From Pristiophorus japonicus (taxonomy: Eukaryota): a stretch of DNA of 64,000 nt. Positions 50,169 to 63,730 of this stretch are shown piece by piece. A program made the translations under genes and the position numbers. The stretch spans positions 275,652,001 through 275,716,000 of the forward strand of contig NC_091980.1 of assembly GCF_044704955.1 (NCBI RefSeq), given 5' to 3'. The notes beneath the pieces were generated by a model. That model did not search any database. It saw nothing but the letters and a program-made list of their open reading frames with translations, and was not told the DNA's origin. Position 1 is the first letter of the stretch. Each line of letters opens with the position of its first letter.

Positions 50169-53100
50169 GTCTTGTCCTGTACTGAGTACGAACTTTTTGG
50201 TCTCAACTGGTTTAAAATACCCAGTGTTAATAGACTGATGCCAGTGTCTTGCTATTTCCAATACTTGGGTGAAAATAATTCATTTCTGGTCTAGGGACTG
50301 GGGTTTTGCATGTATTAATGTTCTTCTGAGGTGGGACTGGATCGAACCACATTGCCTTGCTTTACCATAGATTAATAGGAAAATTTGAGATGGACGAGTA
50401 TTGCTCTGCTTAAAATTCCTGCTTAATTTAAATGTTTCACTTTTTATTTAATTCTGGTTCCATAACTTGTGTACATTCTAAATATTTAAATCTCTGCATC
50501 CCTCATCACTGCTGCCAGGAAAGTAACTTGAATGGCAGAGGAAAGTAACTTGAATGGCAGTAGAAAGTATCCACAAACTGGTACTGAACACCCTGCCTTA
50601 GCATCAGCACAAAATCCAAAAGTGCAGGATTGTCAGATTATTCGGGTGGCTGATTTTGGGGGTGAGGTTTCCGAATGTGATGGAATTGGAACATACTTTC
50701 AACTTCCCTCTTTTCTTGCATAGGAAGAGCCCTAAACAGTTTAAGGCAGAAACTTTAAGGGCTTCTTTTAGGAAATAACTATAGTGTGCACAGTAAAAAT
50801 GCTACACTATTTTGACATTGTATAGGATTACAAGCTTAGTTATTTGACTTTTTTTTGATTTAACACTGGCAGGTTAAGATGGTTCAAAGTATTTATATTT
50901 CAGTTTTTAAAAAAAAACATGTTTCATTGCTGCCAGGTCACACGGCCAGTTATCAGAAGTGTGTGTGAGATGCCAAAGCTTGAAAATGGTCTAACTCTTC
51001 CACCTGATATTTCCCAGATGTAAAACTGTTGTGATTTGGGAGTTTGGTTTCTAAATGTTTGTTTAGGTCTTTTGTAAAATGGTTTTGATATTATATTGGT
51101 CAAAGAAAATACAATTCATCCCCTCATCTCAATGGGAACTTCTCAGTTGTGTTTGCTTTTTTTAAGCACAGAATTTCCAATTTGTATTTATATAGCTTAA
51201 TTCAAATGATTGGATAATTCTTTTTTTAAAGCACAAACTTTAAATGATCAGGAGTAGACTATATGGAGGGGCAGAGTAGTTTGTATCAGTGGTTTAGTGA
51301 TTGGATAGTTCTACCTGTTGTGCAACTCAAATCAAGAACAACTACCTACCAAGCACCTGCTGCAGCAGAGGAGTTGGATCATATGTCTCCTTGCCCTCTT
51401 ACTTGAACTGTGCAGGGAACAAATAAGTACTGTAAAGAAAATAAATCCCTAACCATGTGCGTCACCAATTGCCTCTGTGTCTAGACCAGCCCCACCCAAA
51501 ACTGAATAGCTTTTATTTAAATAATTTTGATACGAGCTTGTTTTATGGCATTAAATTCCCTTTTATGTGTCTCGTGTTTTTCATGTACATTTGTTTTGCT
51601 GAAACTGCTGTGTAGCCTAGAGATTGTTCATTAAATCATACTAACCCAATACGCTCCTTTCAATAGCAGAGTAGCCTACCGATTTATTTTTACCTACAAT
51701 AGTGTATTTTGTATATATGGATTTGTCCGATTAGCAGCAATTTGCCCACGTACCAGTTTTAGATCTGTGACCCTCAGTAATGGAATTAGCCATACTTTAA
51801 AAAGTCAACGTTCTTCAACTTCGGATAGTTAATTTGCACAGCAGAAAAAGCTGTATTGTTAAGCAACTGTTTTCAAAATACAAAAACCGAAAGAAACGCA
51901 GAGTCTGTGTCTTGAACAAAAGAAGATACTAACAGCCAATACTTCAGCAAAATAATTTGAGGTAAGCCTACTGCTGGCCTAGTGGATAGCATCTGGTGTA
52001 TACAGAGCAGCAGGTTCAATTCATGGTCTGTGTGGAATTTGCTGATCTCAGCAACAGTTTGGGTGCTATAATTGGCCCCAGAGTCACAGTACAGAAAAAT
52101 CAGTCACCATTCTCTGATTTCCTGCAAAATGGTTGCATGTAGGGGTCAGGCAAGGAATCACACTGGTGCTTACCTCAGTGATTGGACATAAAGAATGGTC
52201 ATATTGGCCTGGGAAGGGAGAAGAGAAGGTCCAGGTCATTGTGTAGAATGCCAGAACAAGTTATCATTTAAATGCAAATTTCTTCTTGCACTCTCAGGCA
52301 GTCAACTATTAAACAATTGGAGGGAAACCCAGGCGACATTTAATTTTTGCACAAATAAATACACAGTCCATATGAGATTATTTCATGTCTGACCATAGCA
52401 TTTTCTTTTGTATAAAATTACCCCCAATGAAGTTTTAACTTTGCCTCAATTGTTTACTGGTTTTCCCCATAACAACATGGTTCATGAACAGGTGGGGAAA
52501 TATCTGCCAATGTTTCTGGTACAGTAAATATATATCCAGGTCACTGAATCATGGAGCTGCTGTTGCAGGCTTCCTTCCCACCAAAAGCATTTCATTTTGA
52601 TTCAATGTGTAGTGTCATTTAATAGGTTTATCCACCTTTTAAGCACCGCATAAGTCTGTTTCCTTCATGGGGTGTGAGTTGCATAAAAGGCAAATGTTGT
52701 AAATTCATTATTTTAATGATTGTCACAGGGTCTATTTGCTTTTTAAATACAATAAATGTTTGCTTTAAAACAATGATCTTTTAGCATGAATTAAAAAGAA
52801 ACTGAAGTTACAGTCAGTGATCTTGGGAGATGTAAACTTATTGGCAGTCTCAGACCTAATATTGCAAATAGATTTCGAAAAACCTCAAACAGCCAACAAT
52901 ACATGTACACTGATTATCTGCTGCTCCAAATCGAGCCATTGGCTTAAACAGGAGGCTAGAGAAAAGATTTTCTTACAGTATGGAGTGGATAGTCTCCATC
53001 TGCACGGTATTTAAAAAGTGCAGTTATGCTCCAAAATTTAAACTAATTTTACTCATGCTAAATCAGACGTTGGGCCATTCCAATTACAACAGTCAACCTA

Positions 53101-53650
53101 GCTCCTTGCTGCCACCTGTTCAAATAACATTTATAGCAATTCAGAAACTCATTGTTAAAAGCTAATAACTGTTTTAAGTAACGGTGGTTTCCTGCACCTT
53201 GCCAAGGAATCATTTGGCAACAGCACAAACCAGCAGTAATTGTGTGCTTAGTTATAGTGTTTCATAGTTACTAGTAATATTTTCAGGCTTGGGCCTCTGC
53301 TAAAATAGTTTGGGCTTGAGTCCATAGTTTCATACGATAAATATTGGCTTCAACTGTTCGAAATTAGGCTTTTTTAATTTAAAAAAATGACTCATCACCC
53401 CCACTCCATTTTCTTCATGGCACAGCCAAACTACCAGTAATCTTATAGGCCTCACCTTATAAGTAAAATGGCCCACAGTGAAGTGTCTTCTGATAGCACA
53501 TGGAAAATCCCACATGCCTTATTGTCCCAAAGCACTCTGAAATCATCTTTTAAAAATAGTCATTTCCATAGCCTTATCTGCTTTGGACATGATTTCCACT
53601 ATTAAGCTATCTGTCATGTTGTGTAATAGAAGCTAGTCTTAAACAATTAA

Positions 53651-55439
53651 GGGGAAAATTCATGTTTGCCAGCAAAATTGCTGGTATTACCGACAACTGC
53701 AGTTAACGGCCGCTGGAAATGGCCGCAATGCTAACAGTGAAATTGGTCTGGGGGGGAGAAAGGGCATGGAGATAGGTGGTGCAGTGCTCACCTTCTGTGC
53801 AACGCTGTCCAGGTGGCGTTGCTGGAGAGATCTGGGACGAAATTTCTGTCCAGGTCTGGAGCTGCAGCTTCCCACAGACTCTAAGCAAAGCTGTGGCGCT
53901 CGTAGGGAATTGTGGGCAATGAGGAGGTCTGAGATTTAAAAAGGAGCCAATACACACTGAAGCAATACAAAATAAAATGCAGTGAATCAATACAATTCTC
54001 AGCCCTTTTAAGAAATATTCAATATTTAAAAGAAGTTCCAAATGTGAATAATCAGCTGTTAAAGCTGAATTACCTTCCTAATGGGAAAACTGCCTCAGCA
54101 CCGAGACAAATGGCTCAGCAAGCCAGGGCAGGGGCACCAAGGGTCTCACACACAGCACTCCAGCTTTGTGCAGGGGATAAACATGCATGAGCCAGGAGGC
54201 CCTCTAAAGAACGATATGGGAGGACATCACTAAGGCCGTCACTGCCAGCAGTGTCGATTTCCCCCCCACCTCCCCACCTGGCTCCAGTGCCCAAAGTAGC
54301 TTCATAACCTCTGGTCAAGGTCAGTCAATGCATCTTCAAAATCCATCTCCTACCAACTGCACCACTAGCCTCACACATTGCTCAATACACCACCCCCAAT
54401 CACTTATCTACCAACAATCTGCACCATTGACAAGGCACATCTCCCATTCCTAGCTTCGCCTTGCCTCGCCTCACCCCCTTGGAGGAGATGGTGCAGGCCA
54501 TTCTTGTTAGGGGCATGGTTGAGCCCTTGGCCAGCAGCGGGGCTGAAAGGATACAAGATGCGAGCATCCTCGTACATTATCCTCCTTCTAGCATGAACCT
54601 CTTGCTTTCCCACCCTCCTGTCAGCACAACTCTAGCCTTGTGCCTTCCTCATTTCACACACACAAGAAATGCAGCCTGCCCAGCCAATGGGTGAACAAGA
54701 GTCAGCTTGCCCAGTCAGCGGGATTGCAGGCGGATGATTCTATCCCAAATACTCCGACCACAAAGGGGCTGTCTGGGATACATCCTTCCGTCTGATTCCT
54801 CCTCTTCATCTTCCTCTTCCTAAGCGGCAAAAGTGAAATGACAGCATAAAATGTTGGAAATACTCAGTAGGTCAGGCAGCACGTCTGAGACGTGAACTCT
54901 CGATTTTCTCTCTACGGATGTTGCGTGACCTATTGATTATTCACAGCATAATCTGTCTTCTCAAAGGCCTTCATTTAACATCCAAGCTCTTGCAAGGGTT
55001 CAGCAGGAGTCCCTACACACTTTAAAAAAAACACTTTTCACATCTATTGCAACAAGCCACCACTTCAATAAAAAAATGTTTTAAAGTCCAAACCTTTAAA
55101 TTCAAACTTACCTGAATAATATGCGTGTCCCTTCAAGAGCTGCAGACATCACCACTGTCAGCCACCGTCAGCCTGCTTGCACACCAGGTTAACTTAGGAC
55201 CCAGTGCTGAATTTAGTGCTAGGGTCGAAGTTTGCATTGGTCAGTTAAGTTGGTGTTGCACGCCGATTGACGTCACCACGTCACCATTTTTTTCCCCAGG
55301 GCGCTGCCAGCTACCGACAGCACAAAGGGGGAAAGCAATATGGCGGCCGTTGCAGGAACCGCCAGCAGCTGGCAAAATGGCGGTGGTTGCCATTTTAATG
55401 GCACTCCGGAGTGGTGATAAATACATGAATTTCTAGCCC
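53651..55439. mobile_element. Decayed TIR DNA transposon (PIF/Harbinger-like)
   Basis: Termini GGGGAAAATTCATG / CATGAATTTCTAGCCC; acidic-run remnant on the minus strand near 54780-54820. Confidence 0.5.
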
Positions 55440-55702
55440 ATAGATTTCACAATCTTTTCGCAGACGATAAACAAGCAAATTGTAGAATTTCTTTAATTTC
55501 TTAGGTAAACAGTAAAAAGTTAACAAATGTCAGGTTTTCAAAATCTTGTACGCTTAAAAAAAAACTTTAGGTCGTAGAAAGAGTTGAGTAGCCTTTTAAA
55601 TGTGTGAAAAGTCTTAAATGGTGACCGTCTTTAAGGAACTGAAAGTCACTGCAGCGCCTCAAAACATACTCTGGAGCAGTTAAGACAGTCTCAAATGCTA
55701 CG

Positions 55703-55812
55703 TCAGGATTGTTTCTTAGTCCTTTTTGCAGGAGGTGCACCTCCATCTCCTTTATTAGCTGGTTCATCTTCACGGTCTTCATCTGATTCATCTTCATTGT
55801 CGTCATCTTCAC
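55703..55812 (-). CDS. GON7: GON7 exon 2 (acidic tail and basic C-terminus)
   Basis: gaatcAG|GT GAA GAT... = (G)EDDDNEDESDEDREDEPANKGDGGAPPAKRTKKQS*; phase fits exon 1 (205+110=315 nt). Confidence 0.92.
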
Positions 55813-58800
55813 CTGATTCAAGAAAAATAAATATATATATTTATATCAAAGCAGATTTTATAATTGTATTTCTATAGATCTGGGTTGTGTGATGATCAAG
55901 AAAGCAAGTGCTTTTAATAAGTTACAGCACTTTGGTTAACACTGCTTAAAACAAGGTAGGTATGAAGTATTTCCTTGTCAGCATGTTGTAATAATCTGCT
56001 CGGTACTGCAGAGGTTAAAAACATCCTATGGCAGATATCTAAAATTTCTAAACGAGGTCTCCGGCAGGCCCAGCAAGTGAATGAACCTCCCCAGGTGGGA
56101 CTCAGCCATACACACCAGTCTGAGGTTCACACTCCCGTCTGTGCCAGGTTAGCCCATCTTAGCTGGAGTGGTGGTGAAGATACAACTAGCCTCTGTGTCC
56201 CCGAGCTAAAAGGGAACAGGAAATGAAGGGAAAATGAACCGTGGTTCCCACAAGATTATTTCCCAGTGACCCTTGCTGGAACGTGTGCATGTATATGCGG
56301 ACCTCAAAACAGGTCTGAGTGTTGGCTCGGATGTGATGCCTCCACGGTTAAAGAGCCTGCTGACACTCAGTCTAACTCCAACATGAACACTAACCAATTG
56401 GGCATGGTACCACTGGACAACCAACAACTATAGAATCATTACAAAAGCATAGCTCATTTCCTTCAAGAGATAATTGTGGGGGCTGTTTTTCAGATGTTTT
56501 TCTCTGCTGCTCTCCCTATTCTACTGGAGTACAGTTCCACAAGCTCTGGACACCCTCAGCTACCTCATTCTTCACACTGACATACAGACCTAGATAGCAA
56601 GTCAGTTGGCAAGCTTGTCCACACATGCACATTTTGCTGTGAGCATATTTCCCACTCTGATCAATTTCTTCTCCCAAGCCCAGGGGCACTGAAGCAAATT
56701 GTAGCTCCTCTACTGCCACCCTGGCTGAGTTCAGTTAGCTCAGCACAGACTAGGAGTCAAACTGGAAACCTGCTTTTTTTTGTTTGGTTCATTTACACAC
56801 TGGTTTCACCATCTAGATTGGGAAACCCAGTTTTCCATTTGAAACTAGTTGATCTGGCCTGAGCTCTACCCACTGAGCCACAGCTGACACACAATGCGAA
56901 GAAGCAGGAGACTATACAGGGGGTGGAATGGAGTAGGGAGGCAATAGGGGCAACAGGCTGTGTGGTTAAGGCGTAGTGGTAGGGGTGCAGGGATGTGGAG
57001 CTGCAAAAGCAGATATCAGGCGGCTGGAGTACCACCACACATTTTGCATTGCTTTCCACTGCTGGCCTGTAACCCACCAGTCAGGCATCACTCCAAAGCA
57101 AGTTTGCACCTCTAACCTGCCTATACGGGTCATTCCCCTGATCACTATCCATACCTCACACCGGGACAAGGAAAGGACAAAAGAACAGAGAGTGCACACG
57201 TCAACAAAATAGACAGATGGGAAAGACAGAGTGATGATATGCTCTTGATATGTTGCTGGGGTTAGATGTAGCGGGATGGGAGGAGACTCGTGTGGAGCAT
57301 AGCATGAACCTGTTGGGCCGAAGGGCCCGTTTCTGTGCTGTAAATACTTTGCATGCTACAACTTACCATGAGCAACACCACAGTTGAATCACCTTATTTT
57401 TAAACTTAAGTTGATCCATTGATATCTCTTAATATACTAAAGACAGTCACCTCCACCTCAAATCCTTTCCACCCCCACCAAAACTGCAAAGCCTTCCTTT
57501 AACAAACCATCTCCATTTCTCGATCATGGAAGGACATCATCTACTTACTGGCATTGCTGCTAAACCACGGAGGAAAAGTCCAAAACCCCAAAACTGGGAT
57601 TCTCTCAATTTTAGTCAGTCAAGAGCTTTATCCTAAATAGATCTATTGTCAGTTAAAACCAAGATTACCACAATAATATGCATCATTTTGCATAAAAACT
57701 TACGTTTCTTCAGTCAATAGTGCAAATGTTACAGGCATGTTAGTGTAAAATCAAGTTCAGTTGCCACTCCCAGTATCTGTACATTAGTTCAGCTCCCCTG
57801 CACAAAGCCACGTGAAATAGGAACAAATACAAATTTAAAGCTAAGCCGTCTATCTTTTGGTTGGGGGGGGGGGGGGAAGGTGAATAAAAGATGCACAATG
57901 TTTATTTTAATTAATAAAAAATATCACATTAAGATCATTGTACAATGAATGGGAAAGGAAATATATATATATTTTAAAGTGTGTGCAAACGGACCAGGAA
58001 ATTTTGGATACAAAGAAAACTGCAAATTTAAAGACTGAACTTGCTAGAAGTATTCATTAGGTAAAGGGTTACACACTCAAAACATACAAAAATGAAGACA
58101 TACTGGTCCATTCAGACTGTCTCACACAGTTGTGATGCCGTATGCATCACTCCTCACCCACCTGGAGTCAGGTAATCTCCTGGGAGAGGCAAAACAACAG
58201 ATTTTTAAATCCCAGGCCAATTAGGGAGAAATAAACTGGGAAAAAAATCATAATTTATCTCGTTTCTTGACAAGTGCTGACTGGCCAGCTGTATATTTCC
58301 AGTATTTGCTGTTTTAATTTCAGATTTCCAGCATTTCCAATTGTTCCTTTTTATTTTAGTGAAATTTAAAGATGCTGTCCATTTCACAGTTACAAAAGGG
58401 ATAATGTTCAAGATTTTATTAATATAAAAGGATTTCCTTGAAAATGCAAAAGGTATTTCTGTACCCGATCATAAAAAAGGTGAAAAACATCTTAAATTTT
58501 CAGCCATTAATATTTTACTGTGTTGGCAAAGGCTGGCCTGTTCTCTAGCCCCCGTGGTTACAAAGCTTGGGAATTATTAGATGAATATTAAATGAATCAT
58601 GCTTTCAGTCGGAACCTGATTAAACTAAAACAGCCAATTCTGATATACTGTAAATCCACCAGTCTCTGCTCAGTATATTTAATCAGTGATTTTAAAATGA
58701 TGCTCAGATAGCAGCTTCTGCTTGATGCTTAAATATTGCCAGGAGTGCACTTGTCTGGGTTTCTGCTTTCCCCAAAGAGCCTGACAGTAAGCACTTACGA

Positions 58801-59299
58801 GGACTTTTCCTAGTGATGAGCAAAAGGAAGGGAGCTGCATGCTAACAATTAAAATTACCAAAAAAGTGTAATGTCTGGAATATTTTCTAAAAATGTGCTG
58901 CCCCATAAAATACAAAGCAAGCCTTGTAAGAGGCTTTAAAAAGCTACAAATGATTTCCAACAATACATTTGGTTAAAAATGTCAGAAATAATCTTCTTTC
59001 CTTTAAATATTTAATTTTATTTTCTAGAAACAAAGTAACAATAATTATTGAATTTTAATTCCCTTAAGATGTTTAGAAGGGCAGCAGCGGATCGGAGATA
59101 TATTATCAGGCGGAGCAAGCAGAAACTAGGTGGCTCTCCACAGAGAGAGATGTAATGGAGGGGTGAGGAGATGGAATCACCCAAGGCTGCTTTTTGTGTC
59201 TTCAAACGGTTACAAAGCATTGCCAGCATCTGGGTGCGTGGGTTCGAAATACCTCGAAAAGGAGAAAGAGAACACAACTTCAATCAGGATTTAACAGGA

Positions 59300-59822
59300 A
59301 CGGTAGCACAGTGGTGATGTTAGTCGACTAGCAATCCAGAGGCCTGGACTAATGATCCGGAGACACAAGTCCAAGTTGGCAGCTGTGGAATTTAAATTCA
59401 GTTAATTAAATAAATCTGGAATAAAAAGTATCAGGAAACGTGATCATGAAACTACCGGATTGCCGTAAAACCCCATCTGATTCACTAATGTCCTTTAGGG
59501 AAGGAAATCTGCCGCCCTTACCCTGTCTGACCTATATGTGACTCCAGACCCACAGCAATGTGGTTGACTCTTAACTGCCCTCTGAAACGGCCCAGCAAGC
59601 CATATCAAACTACCAGGAAAAACAAGGATTAAAAAAAGGTACGGACCCCCTGCATCGACCTAGGCACCGAATTCAGACTCCCTCCCTAACAGCACTGTGG
59701 GAGTACCTTCACCTCAAGGGCTGCAGTGGTTCAAGAAGGTGGCTCACCACCACCTTCTTAGGGATGGGCAATAAATGCTGGCCTGGCCAGCAACGCCCAC
59801 ATCCTATAAATGAATTTAAAAA
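59300..59822 (+). mobile_element. tRNA-derived SINE (same family as 23500-23912)
   Basis: Shared body TTTAAATTCAGTT...TCCTTTAGGGAAGGAAA...GACTCCAG.CCCACAGCAATGTGGTTGAC. Confidence 0.8.
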
Positions 59823-60117
59823 AATCAATGCGAATAATGTAACTAAGTAGGAATCTAACCCCAATTATAGAACAGGCTGACTATAGAATATTTGTAATGG
59901 GGGGGGGGGGGTGGATGACTTCCAAACAATTAGTCTTGTTGTCCTGATCAATTATTAAAAGGGCTAATGGGAAATTCAGGACTCTTATTTAATGGACAAC
60001 TTCACTCATGGGGGAATCTAGAACTAGGGGACCCCTCGAGCCTGCTCCGCCATTTAATAAGATCATAGCTGATCTGATCATGCACTCAGCTCCACTTCCC
60101 TGCCCGCTCTCCATAAC

Positions 60118-60843
60118 AGGGCTGTAGTAATACCCGCCTTCCTGTATAGCTCAGAGACATGGACCATGTACAGTAGACACCTCAAGTTGCTCGAGAAATA
60201 CCACCAACGATGTCTCCGCAAGATCCTACAAATCCCCTGGGCGAACAGACGCATCAACATTAGCATCTTTGACCAGGCCAACATCCCCAGCATTGAAGCA
60301 CTGACCACATTTGATCAGCTCCGTTGGGCAAGCCACATTGTTCGCATGCCTGACAGGAGACTCCCAAAGCAAGCGCTCTACTCGGATCAGCCATGATCTT
60401 ATTGAATGGTGGTGCAGGCTCAAAGGGTCGAATGGCCTACTTCTGCACCTATTTTCTATGTTTCTAACTCCTTCATGGCAAACGAGCCAAAGGTGGGCAG
60501 AGAAAAAGTTACAAGGACACCCTCAAAGTCTCCCTGATAAAGTGCAACATCCCCATCGACACCTGGGAGTCCCTGGCCAAAGACAGCCCTAAGTGGAAGA
60601 AGTGCATCCGGGAGGGCGCTGAGTGTCTCGAGTCTCATCACCGAGAGCGTGCAGAAATTAAGCACAGGCAGCGGAAAGAGCGTGTGACAAACCTATCCCA
60701 CCGACCCTTTCCCTCAACGACTATCTGTCCCATCTGTGACAGGGACTGTGGTTCTCGTATTGGACTGTTCAGCCACCTAAGGACTCATGCTAAGAGTGGA
60801 AGCAAGTCTTCCTCGATTTCGAGGGACTGCCTATGATGATGAT
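60118..60843 (+). mobile_element. RTE LINE 3' fragment with (ATG)n tail, containing a short CR1 tail (about 60384-60465)
   Basis: ORF MYSRHLKLLEKYHQRCLRKIL...RLPKQALY; homologous to 9057-9680. Confidence 0.9.
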
Positions 60844-60844
60844 A

Positions 60845-61330
60845 TCGCTCAAAAAATCTGTCTATCTCCGCCTTAAATATATTCAGTGACCCAGCTGCCA
60901 CAGCTCTCTGGGGCAGAGAATTCCATAGATTTACAACCCTCAGAGAAGAAATTCCTACTCATCTCAGTTTTAAATGGGCAGCCCTTTATTCTAAGACTAT
61001 GTCCCCTAGTTGTAGTTTCCCCTAGAAGTGGCAATATCCTCTCTGCGTCCATCTTGTCGAGCCCCATCATTAGCTTATAAATTTCGATAAGATCACCTCT
61101 CATTCTTCTGAACTCCAATGAGTAAAGACCCAATCTACCTTCATAAGTCAACCACCTCATCTCCAGAATCAACCCAGTGAACCTTCTCTGAACAGCCTCC
61201 AATGCAAATATATCCCTCCGGAGGGATAATATTAAAATAATATCCCTGCTTAAATACACAGAGATTAAAACTATTTGTACTCCAGGTGTGGCCTCACCAA
61301 TACCCTGTACAGCTGTAGCAGGACTTCTCT
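60845..61330 (-). mobile_element. CR1 3' fragment; its tail is at about 60033-60117, split off by the RTE
   Basis: ORF EAVQRRFT...RRMRGDLIEIYKL...TTRGHSL. Confidence 0.88.
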
Positions 61331-61395
61331 GGTGGTGAAAGGCGCTATAGAAATGCAGGTCCTGCTTTGATCCACCCACCCCACCGTAGACTCAC

Positions 61396-61600
61396 CACTA
61401 CCGGAGGCCGGTGTCTCAGCGCCTGGCGCCTGCTTCTCCTGCAGGACGAGTTGGCTCAGGGCGCCGCTCACTTGCTCCTGGAGGCGCCGCACGCCGCCCA
61501 GGATCCCGCTGATGGTGTTGGGGGAGCGGGTGGCGAAGCGCTGGCGCTCGCCGTTCCGGTAACTCAGCTCGCCGCGGAGCTCGCACTCGGACTCGGCCAT
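61396..61600 (-). CDS. GON7: GON7 (KEOPS complex subunit, C14orf142) exon 1
   Basis: gccATGG start; MAESECELRGELSYRNGERQRF...SGILGGVRRLQEQVSGALSQLV; donor G|GTGAGT; head-to-head with UBR7. Confidence 0.9.
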
Positions 61601-61904
61601 GGCAACAACAGCAGCAGCGGCCCCACCAACACCTCCCTCCTCCTCCCGCACTCTGACCCAGGCAGGCGTCTCGCACAATAACACAAAAAAGGCAGCTTCA
61701 ATTTAACGTAACAATAAAAACACAACACACACACACACACACCTCCGCCAAAAAATAAAATCAGCGGCTGCACTCAATGCAGGTCTCGGGCTCTGGATAA
61801 CTTTTGCAACATGCACTTTATTTAAAATAGAAGGGGTGGGAGGAGGGAGGGAGGAATTGCAGCTTTAAATAGCTCGCAACCCGGAAGTCTTTGCAGATTT
61901 GGAG
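61601..61904. promoter_or_regulatory. GON7/UBR7 bidirectional promoter
   Basis: Divergent ATGs 304 bp apart in a CpG island; ETS/GABP site CCGGAAGT 61881-61888; YY1-like GATGGCGGC over the UBR7 start. Confidence 0.8.
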
Positions 61905-62054
61905 ATGGCGGCAAATGAAGAGAATCACAAGCGGCGGCTGGACGAGGATCCCATCGTGTCTCTGGCCGAGGTGTTGGAGGAGAACGACAAGTTGGAGAGC
62001 GAAGCCTGCGCGGTGTTGGGCGGCAGCGACTCGGATAAATGTTCCTACTCGGAC
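61905..62054 (+). CDS. UBR7: UBR7 E3 ubiquitin ligase exon 1 (50 codons); the gene continues beyond the window
   Basis: MAANEE...PIVSLAEVLEENDKLESEACAVLGGSDSDKCSYSD|GTGAGT, matching the recalled UBR7 motif EACAVLGGSDSEKCSY. Confidence 0.95.
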
Positions 62055-62562
62055 GTGAGTTTGAAGGAGTTTTCTTTGTGCCTGGGGCTGGCCCCTTGAA
62101 CCGCGCAGATTTATAAGCAGCCGGGCTGTGGGATGGCCCTGGTCCCCAGGGGGGAAGTAACGGCAATTCCCAGCACCAAATAAAGAGAGTTATTGTGGAT
62201 CCTCCCCCCCCCCCCCCAGAGCAATAAGGGAGCGAGTCCATTACACTGATCAGTTTCAGACATGTTATCAATACATCGGTGCAGCAAGAAACAAAGGCGC
62301 CTTTTAATTAATACACAGTGGCCGCAGTCAGTGTTTGCAGTCCTGGGTTTGGGGATTTATTCCTGCTCAGGACTGGTGCCCCGGACAGCGAGTTGCTATA
62401 AAGCAACTGCTTCCCTCGCAGCCGCGGTACTGAGCTGGACATCGCCCCCTCCCCGGGAACTCCGGCCTTTACCCGCGCCATTTTTACGTAATGTGTTCTG
62501 GCCCGTTTGTGATTGGCTCGACAAGAGTCGCTTCGTTCTGTTTTTTGGAATGTTGGTATTTG

Positions 62563-63256
62563 TGCATTCTGCAGGGTCCCTGATCTGTGATTCAGGGCTT
62601 GAGGGTCCAGTGCATTCTGCAGGGTCCCTGCTCCGTGTGATCTAGGGACTGAGGGCCCATTGCATTCTGCAGGGTCCCTGCTCTGTGATTCAGGGCTTGA
62701 GGGTCCAGTGCATTCTGCAGGGTCCCTGCTCTGTGATTCAGGGCCCGAAAGTCCACTGCATTCTGCAGGGTTCCTGCTCCGTGTGATCTAGGGACTGAGG
62801 GCCCAGTGCATTCTGCAGGGTCCCTGCTCTGTGATTCAGGGCTTGAGGGTCCAGTGCATTCTGCAGGGTCCCTGCTCTGTGATTCAGGGCCCGAAAGTCC
62901 ACTGCATTCTGCAGGGTTCCTGCTCCGTGTGATCTAGGGACTGAGGGTCCAGTGCATTCTGCAGGGTCCCTGCTCTGTGATTCAGGGCCCGAAAGTCCAC
63001 TGCATTCTGCAGGATCCCTGCTCCGTGCAATACAGGAATTGAGGGTCCCGTGCATTCTGCAGGGTCCCTGCTCTGTGCAATACAGGAATTGAGGGTCCCT
63101 GCTCTGTGCAATACAGGAATTGAGGGTCCTGTGCATTTTGTAGGGTCCCTGCTCTGTGTAGTCCAGGGCCTGAGAATCCAGTGCATTCTGTAGGGTCCCT
63201 GCTCTTGTGTAATCCAGGACTGAGGATCCAGTGCATTCTGCAGGGTCCCAGCTCTG
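62563..63256 (+). repeat. 48/50-bp minisatellite (about 14 units) in UBR7 intron 1
   Basis: Core TGCATTCTGCAGGGTCCCTGCTC starts at 62563, 62611, 62661, 62709, 62757, 62807, 62855, 62903, 62953, 63001, 63051, 63132, 63182, 63232. Confidence 0.95.
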
Positions 63257-63504
63257 CTCCTATTCGTAGAAAGTTGCATCAAGTGCACCAGAACTGCTGA
63301 ACACATTGCAGGTTGAGAGGTATACACTGCAAAGACCCCAGCAATGCAATGTTGCTATGATCCTCGTATACTCCTTGTCAGAAGCAGGACATCAATTAGT
63401 CTCTTATCTTGGCGAAATCAGATATCAACACTGTTATTTGAAATATCAAAATATTAAACTCCAGCCTAATTGAAGGGTTATTAACATCCAATAATGCTCC
63501 ATCT

Positions 63505-63730
63505 TTCATCGGGCCAGAGGAGAGGCGAGGGTTCGGGGCCCAGGAGAGGCGAGGGCCCAGGGGCAGCACAGCCAGCCTGCACTAGGTCCGTGCAGCAGAG
63601 CTTGGTCTCCAGTCATCTTGGTTAACGCTTGCCACTGGATCAGGACCTAGCTATGTCAAGCCTGTGTGATGGCTGGTGTGCAACGGCCACCCCACGTTAA
63701 AATAATCCACGCGTAGGCATCTTCCACCCT
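63505..63730 (+). mobile_element. RTE 5' UTR fragment
   Basis: 63603-63728 aligns with the reverse complement of 16840-16957, just upstream of the RTE ATG. Confidence 0.7.

Noticed and set aside
50517-50560. 22-bp tandem duplication AGGAAAGTAACTTGAATGGCAG
   Set aside because: A simple local duplication with no further structure.
55567-55821. 84-aa ORF MNQVKMTTMK...
   Set aside because: It is a shifted frame of the acidic GON7 exon 2.
62563-63256. CRISPR-like repeat-spacer appearance
   Set aside because: The variable halves are homologous to each other and recur; the context is a vertebrate intron with no cas genes. It is a minisatellite, and the ORFs over it are artefacts.
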